Assembly (NCBI GenBank): GCA_016235455.1
Contig: JACRKZ010000072.1
Span: 1-51,700, forward strand
Length of the DNA: 51,700 nt
Reading direction: 5' to 3'
Origin: Armatimonadota bacterium
GTDB taxonomy: Bacteria > Armatimonadota > UBA10988
Positions 19,661 to 29,586 of this stretch are shown piece after piece. The notes below the pieces were generated by a model, which made no database searches, had not been told where the DNA came from, and saw only the letters and a list, made by a program, of their open reading frames with translations. Positions within the stretch are counted from its first letter, which is position 1. Each line of letters opens with the position of its first letter. Position numbers and translations under genes: made by a program.

Positions 19661-19681
19661 CTTGCGTGCGTTACACTCAAG
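19661..19681. promoter_or_regulatory. HAIR (HspR-associated inverted repeat) upstream of dnaJ-hspR
   Basis: CTTGCGT-GCGTTAC-ACTCAAG, one mismatch to CTTGAGT-N7-ACTCAAG. The flanks extend the palindrome (GGA...TCC), and it contains a -10-like TACACT. Confidence 0.85.
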
Positions 19682-19715
19682 TCCAGCGGCGCGTGATGGG
19701 GCGAGGAGGCGACGG

Positions 19716-20741
19716 GTGCCACGAGACTACTACGAGGTGTTGGGTGTGCCCCGTGACGCCACGCCGGCCGAGATCAAGAAGGCCTACCGGCGGATGGCTC
19801 GCCAGAACCATCCCGACGTGGTCCGCGACGATCCGTCGGCCGGCAAGCGGTTCAAGGACATCCAGCAGGCCTACGATATCCTGAGCGACACCAAGAAGCG
19901 CAAGCAATACGACCAGTTCGGGCATGCCGCAGAGCACTTCGCCGATGGCGGCGGGCCGGGCGCCGGTGGCTTCCAGTTCGACCCCGGCGCGTTCGACTTC
20001 GGCGGCGGCGGCGGCAAGAGCGCCTTTGGCGACATCCTCGGCGAACTGTTCGGCCGCGCCGCGCCGCGCGGCGGGCGCGATGCCGGTCCGCCGCCCGCCG
20101 GCTACCGTGGTACCGATGTCGAAGTCGGCCTGGCGCTGAACCTCGAGGAGGTGCTCGAGGGCACCACCCGCGACGTCACCGTGACGGTCGAGGACCCGTG
20201 CCACCACTGCAGCGGCCGCGGCCTGGATTCGAACAACCGGCCCTGTGGCGCCTGCTCGGCCCACGGGCGCGTGCGCCGGCAGCAGACGCTGCGCGGTGTG
20301 AAGATCCCCGCCGGTGCCGACGACGGCTCGATCATCAAAGCGCGCGGCAAGGGCGGCAAGGGCCTCAACGGGCCGGACGGCGACGTCAATCTGCGCATCG
20401 GCTGGCGCGAGCACCCCTTCTTCCGGCCGGCTGGCGAGGACCTGGAGTGCGAGGTGCCCATCAGTCTCGCCGAGGCCGCGGTGGGCGCCGAGATCCCCGT
20501 ACCCACGCTGCGTGGCGTGCGCAACCTGCGCATCCCGGCGGGCACGGCGGGCGGCGCGCGCTTCCGCATCCGCGACGGCGGCCTGCCGTCGTTGCGCACC
20601 AAGCACACAGGCAGCCTGGTGGTCAAGGTCAAGGTGATCGTGCCGGCCGCGGTCAACGACGAGGAGCGCCGCGTGGTAGAAGCCATGAGCCGGCGCGGCG
20701 GTGATGTGCGCGCCGACATGTGGCGGCCGCGGGAGTCCTGA
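19716..20741 (+). CDS. dnaJ: DnaJ-family co-chaperone with reduced zinc finger
   Basis: RDYYEVLGV...IKKAYR...HPD J domain, G/F-rich region, only two Cys repeats (CHHCSGRG, CGACSAHG), DnaJ_C; GAGGAGG RBS before GTG 19716. Confidence 0.92.
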   Translation: MPRDYYEVLGVPRDATPAEIKKAYRRMARQNHPDVVRDDPSAGKRFKDIQQAYDILSDTKKRKQYDQFGHAAEHFADGGGPGAGGFQFDPGAFDFGGGGGKSAFGDILGELFGRAAPRGGRDAGPPPAGYRGTDVEVGLALNLEEVLEGTTRDVTVTVEDPCHHCSGRGLDSNNRPCGACSAHGRVRRQQTLRGVKIPAGADDGSIIKARGKGGKGLNGPDGDVNLRIGWREHPFFRPAGEDLECEVPISLAEAAVGAEIPVPTLRGVRNLRIPAGTAGGARFRIRDGGLPSLRTKHTGSLVVKVKVIVPAAVNDEERRVVEAMSRRGGDVRADMWRPRES

Positions 20742-20743
20742 CC

Positions 20744-21136
20744 ATGAGCGAGCCCGAACAGCGTCCGCTCGGCCGCCGGGACACGCCGGTCTACGCCATC
20801 GGCGTGGCCGCGGCCATGGTCGAGTCCCACCCCCAGACGCTGCGCATGTATGAGCGCACCGGGCTGGTGGTGCCCCAGCGCACACGGGGCAACGCGCGGC
20901 TCTATTCGGACCGCGACCTCGAGCGCGTCCACCACGTCCAGACCTATACGGCGATGGGCGTCAACCTGGCCGGGATCGAGATCATCTTTCGCCTGCTCGA
21001 CCGCATCGAGCAGCTTGAGAGCGCCCTGGGCAACCCCGACAACGAGACGCCGACCGTCGCCGACGAGGAGCGTCTGACCGAGGAGTTGCGCGCCCGCCTG
21101 CGCGGCGCGCGCGACGAGAAGGAGCCTTCACGATGA
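20744..21136 (+). CDS. hspR: MerR-family heat-shock repressor HspR
   Basis: PVYAIGVAA...HPQTLRMYER.GLVVPQRT.GNARLYS.RD...GVNLAGI; directly after dnaJ; HAIR upstream. Confidence 0.93.
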   Translation: MSEPEQRPLGRRDTPVYAIGVAAAMVESHPQTLRMYERTGLVVPQRTRGNARLYSDRDLERVHHVQTYTAMGVNLAGIEIIFRLLDRIEQLESALGNPDNETPTVADEERLTEELRARLRGARDEKEPSR

Positions 21137-22413
21137 CCCGTTGGCACACTGGCGCGCGCGCCGGCCTGGCCGCGCTGTTCACGCTCTGCTCGCTGTGCCT
21201 GGCCCAGGCGCCGGCCGACGATGCGGCCGCCAAGGCCCTGGCCGCTGCCCAGACCCGGCTCGACAAGGCTCGCGACCTGCTCAGCTCGGGCCAGCCCAAG
21301 GCCGTGCTGGAGCAACTGGCCGAGGTCAAGCGCGACACCACCCTACCCATCTGGGTCCAGGTCCAGGCCAGCCTCTACGAGGGCCGAGCCCAGTACGCGC
21401 TGGAGGACTACAAGGCCGCCGTCGCCGCCTGCGTCAAGGTCGTCGAACTGACCAGCGTGCCCGCTGGCCAGCTCGACTGGCCGCAGCGGCCCGAAGCCAT
21501 GCTGCTGCTGGCCGACGCTCGCCGCGCCGCGGGCCTGGCCAGCAGCGCGCGCGACACCTACCGCGAACTGGTCGACCGCGCGCCGCACAGCCACGAGCGC
21601 ATGGACGCGGCACGTAGCCTGATCTACATGGACCTGGACGACGGCAACCTGGACCCAGCGGCCAAGGCCGTCGATGCGTACGTCAAAGCCTTCCCCTGGG
21701 ACCAGGAGGCACCGCGCCTGATCGAGGACCTGGCGCGCGAGTACCAGTCGCGCGGCAAGCCGGTGCAGGCCATCGAGCGCTTCGGCCAGGTGCAACGCGA
21801 CTACGCCGGGTCGGAGTCGGCCTGGGCCTCGCGTCGACCGCTGGTCGACGCGCTGCTGGCCAACAAGCAGAACGACGAGGCCCTGGCGGCGTTGGAGCAG
21901 CTGCTCACCATCCGGCCGGAAATGCTGGTAGTGGCCGACGCCACGGGCGCCAAGGCTGACCTGTTGGTGACCAAAGGCGATGTGCCCGGCGCCCTGGCGC
22001 TGCTCGAGGCAACCATCACCCGCTACGCAGACTGCTACGTGGGCCAGCAGCTGAGGCTGCAGAAGGCCGACATCCGCCGTGCCGCCGGCGACCTGACCGG
22101 TGCCGTGGCCGACCTGACCAAGCTGCTGGCCGACTTCCCCCAACCCTACTGGCAGGTCATCACGCTGCGCGGGCTGATCAACACCTACCGCGCACAGAAG
22201 GATTGGGACAAGGCCGAGGACACCGCCGACGCGTTGGCCAAGCTCACCGCCGGCACGCCCACCGCGGCACAAGCGCTGCTGGAGAAGGCCCAGATCCAGT
22301 TCCAGGCCGACCGCAAGCGCGCCGCCGGCATCACGCTCGACCGGCTGATCGCCACCTACAAGGGCGCGCCGTACGTCTCCTATGCCACGCAGTTCAAGAA
22401 CGAGTGGAAATAG
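21133..22413 (+). CDS. Secreted tetratricopeptide-repeat protein
   Basis: Signal peptide followed by repeated TPR-like helices (Y/F-P turns); ATGA overlap with hspR. Confidence 0.82.
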   Translation: MTRWHTGARAGLAALFTLCSLCLAQAPADDAAAKALAAAQTRLDKARDLLSSGQPKAVLEQLAEVKRDTTLPIWVQVQASLYEGRAQYALEDYKAAVAACVKVVELTSVPAGQLDWPQRPEAMLLLADARRAAGLASSARDTYRELVDRAPHSHERMDAARSLIYMDLDDGNLDPAAKAVDAYVKAFPWDQEAPRLIEDLAREYQSRGKPVQAIERFGQVQRDYAGSESAWASRRPLVDALLANKQNDEALAALEQLLTIRPEMLVVADATGAKADLLVTKGDVPGALALLEATITRYADCYVGQQLRLQKADIRRAAGDLTGAVADLTKLLADFPQPYWQVITLRGLINTYRAQKDWDKAEDTADALAKLTAGTPTAAQALLEKAQIQFQADRKRAAGITLDRLIATYKGAPYVSYATQFKNEWK

Positions 22414-22430
22414 CCCAAAGGATCGGCCCC

Positions 22431-23552
22431 ATGTTCCGACGTTCCCGGCCCACCGAGGCCACGCCCGATCCCTCCACCGCGCCGGCCGGCCAACCGGCCG
22501 AGGCACCGTCGCGAGCCGCGGCCCTGGACGCAGATGCCGAGTGCATCAAGGACACGCTGGCCAAGCTGGTGCAGCGTTTCGGCGCCAACTCCCTGCCCAC
22601 CGCGGAGACCCGCGGCCAAGGCCTCGCGGCGCGCTGTGAGCAACTGGCGCTCGAACTTCTGACGCGCCGGCCGCCGACGCCGGACCAGCCGCCGCGTCCC
22701 ACGGCCCATGTCTGTCGCGACATCGCCGCTGTGTTCGACCAGCAGCGCGGTGCTGAGACCAAGGAGTACCGCGCCCACCAGATCGCCACACAAGCGCTGC
22801 TGCAGGGCCTGGTAAACTCGCTGGTGGAGGCTGACTCCCGCCAGGGCCACCGTGAGTTCCAGGCGCTCGACGCGCTGAACGGCATTCAGAGCGCCCTGTC
22901 CACAGGCGACCTCAAGCAAGTGCGCGAACAGACCGACAAGGCCACCGGCGCCATTCGCGACATGATCAGCGCCCGCCACGAAGATGCACAGCAGCGCATC
23001 GAGCACCTGGGCTCGCAACTGCAGCGCATGCGCGACGAGTTGGCCGAGGCCGAAGCCCAAGGCCAGCGCGATGCCATGACCGGGCTGCTTAACCGCGGTC
23101 GCTTCGATCAGGCCATCGCCCACGCCGTGGCCCTGACCCAGGCCAGCAATGGCAAGCTGGCCCTGTTCATGCTCGACATCGACCACTTCAAATCAATCAA
23201 CGACACCTACGGTCATCCGGTGGGCGACGACGTCATCAAGGCGGTGGCGCGCACGCTGGAACGCAGCTTCCCCCGCCAGGACGACATCGTCGCGCGCTAC
23301 GGCGGCGAGGAGTTCTGCGTGGCCTGCCAGCAGGTCGATGCGGACGTCGCTGTCATGCTTGGCGAACGCGCGCGTAAGGCCGTCGGCGAGCTGGTCGTGG
23401 ACAGCGGCCGCGGCGGCATCTCACCCACCATCTCCGTGGGCTACGCCTTGCTGACCGACCAGGACACGCCCGAGTCGCTGATCGCCCGCGCCGACAGTGC
23501 CCTGTATCAGGCCAAGCAGGGCGGGCGCAACCGCGTCTGCGCGGCCCTCTAG
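22431..23552 (+). CDS. Diguanylate cyclase (GGDEF) with N-terminal coiled-coil region
   Basis: DAMTGLLNR, MLDIDHFKSINDTYGHPVGD, RQDD I-site five residues before GGEEF, ADSALYQAK..GRN; AAGGA RBS before ATG 22431. Confidence 0.93.
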   Translation: MFRRSRPTEATPDPSTAPAGQPAEAPSRAAALDADAECIKDTLAKLVQRFGANSLPTAETRGQGLAARCEQLALELLTRRPPTPDQPPRPTAHVCRDIAAVFDQQRGAETKEYRAHQIATQALLQGLVNSLVEADSRQGHREFQALDALNGIQSALSTGDLKQVREQTDKATGAIRDMISARHEDAQQRIEHLGSQLQRMRDELAEAEAQGQRDAMTGLLNRGRFDQAIAHAVALTQASNGKLALFMLDIDHFKSINDTYGHPVGDDVIKAVARTLERSFPRQDDIVARYGGEEFCVACQQVDADVAVMLGERARKAVGELVVDSGRGGISPTISVGYALLTDQDTPESLIARADSALYQAKQGGRNRVCAAL

Positions 23553-23626
23553 CGGAGCGGGCCACCGCGGATCTCGGCCCGGCACATCGGACACGTCACA
23601 CGGCCCGGTGTGTCTGCCATTTCAGG

Positions 23627-23670
23627 CCTGTCCGACCGGTCGGACAGGGCGCGCGGCGGTGCCGCCGCGC
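23627..23670. repeat. Adjacent palindromes in the GGDEF-clpB intergenic region
   Basis: Perfect 22-bp palindrome CCTGTCCGACCGGTCGGACAGG (23627-23648), then GCGCGGCGG-TG-CCGCCGCGC (23651-23670). Confidence 0.7.
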
Positions 23671-23706
23671 CACCCGCTCACCTGGACAATCTGGCGGGAA
23701 CCCTCC

Positions 23707-23735
23707 TTGCCCTGTAACGCGTTTGGGCTCACAAT
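23707..23735 (+). promoter_or_regulatory. Putative clpB promoter
   Basis: TTGCCC-17 nt-CACAAT just upstream of the operator. Confidence 0.45.
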
Positions 23736-23742
23736 GCACCTT

Positions 23743-23763
23743 GTTGATAGCAATGCTATCAAG
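23743..23763. promoter_or_regulatory. HAIR-like variant inverted repeat upstream of clpB
   Basis: GTTGATAG-CAATG-CTATCAAG; same type as 16653-16673. Confidence 0.8.
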
Positions 23764-23789
23764 TGATATGAGCGCGGAGGAGTAAGACC

Positions 23790-26390
<2,601 letters not shown>

Positions 26391-26395
26391 TGTCG

Positions 26396-26461
26396 CCTCG
26401 GATCACCCCGGCTGCACGGATGAGCCCAACCGGCCATGCGTGCAACCAGAGTGATCCGAGG
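26396..26461. terminator. Long imperfect hairpin between convergent clpB and the hpnH-like gene
   Basis: CCTCGGATCAC / GTGATCCGAGG outer stem and TGCACG / CGTGCA inner stem. Confidence 0.6.
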
Positions 26462-26469
26462 GATCCCGC

Positions 26470-27486
26470 CTACTTCTTGCGCTTGGGCTTGGTCATGTTC
26501 CAAGCCATAAGCTCGAGGAGTTCCTTGGGGTTGCTGGACGCAGCCTGCACAGCGGAGGCTTCGAAGCCGGAATGCATGTAGCAGTTGCGGCAGCGCTCGT
26601 CCTGGCGCGACTCCCAGTACTCCCAGTCGGTGGAGTTCCAGAACTCATCGTAGGTGGGATAGAACTTCTCTTCGATCAGATAGCACGGTCCCTTCCAGCC
26701 CATGGGCGTGCGAGTGACGGTGCTGTATGGCGAGCATTTCAGCTCTTTCTGACCAGCGCAGAACCTGAGGAAGCCAGGCGTGGCAGTGAGCGGGTAGCGC
26801 TTGGACAACGCCATGACCTGCGAGAACTTGGCGTGGATGTCGTCGCGCTTCATGAAGATGTCCTGCTCCACCGTGCTGTACTGGTAGCCCGGCGAGATGA
26901 GCATGCCGTCCACGTCCATGCCCATGAGCATTTCGCACAGCTCTTCGACCTCAGCCATCGAGGTTTCCTGATAGACCGTGGTGTTGGTCATGGTCTGGTA
27001 GCCGCGGCGCTTGCTCTCGCCGATCATGGCCACCGCGTGGTCGAAGACGCCCTTCCGGTTGCACACGAAGTCGTGCGTCTCGCGCATGCCGTCCAGGTGC
27101 ACGTTGACCAGCAGGTGCGGGTCGGGCGGGATGCGGTCGAACAGGCCCTTCTCTATGGCCAGGGTGTTGGTGCACAGGAAGATGTACTTGCCTCGCTTGA
27201 CCAGCCCCTCGATCAAGTCGGGCAGTTCCGGGTAGAGAGTCGGCTCTCCACCACACAGCGACATGGTCGGCGTGTTACTGACGTCCACGGCTTCCAGGCA
27301 TTCGGCCAGCGTCAGCCGGTCCGACAGCTTGCCGGTGTGGCGCTCCGTGCTGCACCCGACGCAGGCCAGGTTGCACGTATAGAGCGGCTCGAGCATGAGC
27401 GTCGTGGGATACCTTTTGCGTCGATGGACTGCCTGCGACATCATGTAGCGCGAGACAGCGAGGGTCAGACCTAGTGGGAATCGCAT
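26470..27486 (-). CDS. hpnH: Radical SAM protein, HpnH (adenosyl-hopene transferase)-like, with DUF3463-type C-terminus
   Basis: KRYPTTLMLEPLYTCNLACVGC, GGEP, LCTN, VHLDG, ISPGY and RCRNCYMHSGFEASAV, matching the HpnH pattern as I recall it. Start placed at MRFPL. Confidence 0.75.
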   Translation of the reverse strand: MRFPLGLTLAVSRYMMSQAVHRRKRYPTTLMLEPLYTCNLACVGCSTERHTGKLSDRLTLAECLEAVDVSNTPTMSLCGGEPTLYPELPDLIEGLVKRGKYIFLCTNTLAIEKGLFDRIPPDPHLLVNVHLDGMRETHDFVCNRKGVFDHAVAMIGESKRRGYQTMTNTTVYQETSMAEVEELCEMLMGMDVDGMLISPGYQYSTVEQDIFMKRDDIHAKFSQVMALSKRYPLTATPGFLRFCAGQKELKCSPYSTVTRTPMGWKGPCYLIEEKFYPTYDEFWNSTDWEYWESRQDERCRNCYMHSGFEASAVQAASSNPKELLELMAWNMTKPKRKK

Positions 27487-27511
27487 GGAATAACAACTCG
27501 TGGGCAGAGGC

Positions 27512-27540
27512 ATTGTAGGGTCAGTGGATCCTTTGGTCAA
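27512..27540 (-). promoter_or_regulatory. Sigma70 promoter of the hpnH-like gene
   Basis: Minus strand TTGACC-17 nt-TACAAT. Confidence 0.7.
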
Positions 27541-27563
27541 CACACGGCACCGGCCGACCGGAG

Positions 27564-27992
27564 CTAGATGACCCAGTGCTGCCCCTGATCCAGCCGGCCG
27601 CGATAGCGCGCGGCGAGGTCGGCGATGCTCACCCGAGCGAACTGCGCCTTAAGGCCCGCGGTCATCTGATCCCAGCATTCCTGCACGACCGACGCCGCGC
27701 TCTGGGCGTCCTCGACGGCCTCCTCGCCCTGGATCGGGCCTTCGACCGCCTCGAAAACCGTCAGCAGGCTGACCTGCTCGGCCGGACGCGCCAGTTGGTA
27801 ACCGCCGCGGCTACCGCGCATGGCCACCACCACCCCGGCGGTCTTCAGCGCGCGCAGCAATTGCTCCAGGTACTTCTCGGGAATTGCCTGCCGAGCAGCG
27901 ATTTCGCGCAACTGCACCAGGCCATCGTGCCCTTGCAGCGCCAGATCGATGGCGGCTCGTACGGCGTAGTCCGTGCGTCGCGAGAGGTTCAC
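27564..27992 (-). CDS. Rrf2-family transcriptional regulator (CymR-like, no Fe-S Cys triad)
   Basis: LSRRTDYAVRA...IPEKYLEQL...RGSRGGYQLAR...VFEAVEG; GTG start overlaps the upstream stop; GGAGG RBS. Confidence 0.9.
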   Translation of the reverse strand: MNLSRRTDYAVRAAIDLALQGHDGLVQLREIAARQAIPEKYLEQLLRALKTAGVVVAMRGSRGGYQLARPAEQVSLLTVFEAVEGPIQGEEAVEDAQSAASVVQECWDQMTAGLKAQFARVSIADLAARYRGRLDQGQHWVI

Positions 27993-28783
27993 AGCGCCTC
28001 CAACCATTGCCGCCACCGCACCAAGCCGGTCTCGGGCGGTTCGACGTGGTCCATTTCGTATTCCACGGCGTAGTCGCCGCGGTAGCCATCGGCATCAACA
28101 CCGGTAATCAGCCCGGCAATGTCGACTTCGCCAGATCCATAATGGCACCGTTCGAACTTCCCGTCCACCCAATGTCCGGCTTTGAGGTGCACATGCCGCA
28201 CCCAGTCGCGCATCACCCGCCAGTCGGCCCAGTAGTCGCGCCGGCCCATGAGCAGATTGCAGGGCTCGTAGATGATGCCGAAGTGGGCCGAGCCGACGGC
28301 CTCGCACAACCGCACCGCGAGGTCCGGCACGCCAGCCAGACGGCCGTGGTGGTTCTCCATGACCAGGTGCACGCCCGCCTCCTCGGCCGCGGGCGTAAGC
28401 TCGGCGAAGTGCGGGGCCATGCGCGCGATCTGCGCGGGATCCGCGTCCTCGCCGGGCAAGGTGCGCACCGTGCGCGCGCCGAGCCGCTTGGCCAGAGCGA
28501 TTATGGCCAGGGAGCGATCGATCTCTTCGCGTACCGAGGCGGCATCGTCCAGGTGGAAGGTGCGGCCCACGTAAGTGCCGAGGTTGGCGATGCGCACACC
28601 GTGGCGGGCGCAGGCCGCTTCGATGGCCTCAACGGGAACCTCGGCCTGGTCGGCGGAGAAGTGCGGCGCCACACCGAACAGGTCGATGCGGCGGAAGCCG
28701 GCGGCGGCGAGCGCGGCGAAGGCGTCGTCGAGCGTCTGGCTCCGATAGCAGATGCTGCAGACAGTGAAGCGGTCGAGCGTCAT
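27989..28783 (-). CDS. Sugar phosphate isomerase/epimerase (xylose-isomerase-like TIM barrel)
   Basis: LVMENH, YEPCN, HVHLK, GSGEVD and [11 protein letters not shown]. Confidence 0.88.
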   Translation of the reverse strand: MTLDRFTVCSICYRSQTLDDAFAALAAAGFRRIDLFGVAPHFSADQAEVPVEAIEAACARHGVRIANLGTYVGRTFHLDDAASVREEIDRSLAIIALAKRLGARTVRTLPGEDADPAQIARMAPHFAELTPAAEEAGVHLVMENHHGRLAGVPDLAVRLCEAVGSAHFGIIYEPCNLLMGRRDYWADWRVMRDWVRHVHLKAGHWVDGKFERCHYGSGEVDIAGLITGVDADGYRGDYAVEYEMDHVEPPETGLVRWRQWLEAL

Positions 28784-29526
28784 GTGCCGGGCTCCGATGG
28801 TTTGGCGCGGACCACGCCGCCATGCCAGTCGGCGACGATCTCATGGCCGGGCGGCACGACCAGGAACGCCTCGTCAGACCAGTCGCCGGCCACCATGCGC
28901 TCCAGCAGGCCGATGTCGCCGCGCACCTGTTCATAGCGCCAGCCGCGCTCGTCACAGATGGCGCGCACCTGACGTTCGAGGTCGGCCAGGCGGTCGAAAT
29001 CGAAGCTGATCAACGCGCCACGCTCGTAGTGCTCGACCCACGCGCCGAGCGCTTCGACCAGGTACTTGGCGTTATCCTCGCCGTACTGCTGCACATACTG
29101 CTCGTAGGTGGCGGCGTAGTTGCCACCCGTCTGGTCCATGGCATCCTGACCGCGGCGGGTGCGGCACTCGAGCCAGCCGCTGGTGTACCAGTAGGTACCC
29201 GGCAGGGCGGAGAACTGCTCCTCGTAAGTCTTCTTGCTGCCCAGGAAGACGGTGATGCAGTCATGCGCGCGCGGCACGACCAACGGCACCGACCGCGCGC
29301 GCAGCCCGCACAGCAGGTTGTTGCACAGACCGTAGCCCAGCAGTACGGCGTCGTAGCGGTCGCCGCGAGTGGTGTCGATGGCGGCCTGCAGCGCGGCGCG
29401 GCCCTCATCCACGCGGTCGTGGTAACCCTGGTCGAGGAACGACACGTCGCAGATATGGGGAGACCCGGTGACCACGTGGCAGACTTCGCGCAGCATGATC
29501 TCGCAGGCTAGTACGTTCAGATACAT
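28780..29526 (-). CDS. DUF1638 domain protein
   Basis: [40 protein letters not shown]...FLVVPPG. Confidence 0.85.
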   Translation of the reverse strand: MYLNVLACEIMLREVCHVVTGSPHICDVSFLDQGYHDRVDEGRAALQAAIDTTRGDRYDAVLLGYGLCNNLLCGLRARSVPLVVPRAHDCITVFLGSKKTYEEQFSALPGTYWYTSGWLECRTRRGQDAMDQTGGNYAATYEQYVQQYGEDNAKYLVEALGAWVEHYERGALISFDFDRLADLERQVRAICDERGWRYEQVRGDIGLLERMVAGDWSDEAFLVVPPGHEIVADWHGGVVRAKPSEPGT

Positions 29527-29586
29527 CCGGTCCTCCGGCGCGTGGTAGTTCGCCGGGTACCGCGGGTGTCCTCTGCACGACGACGA

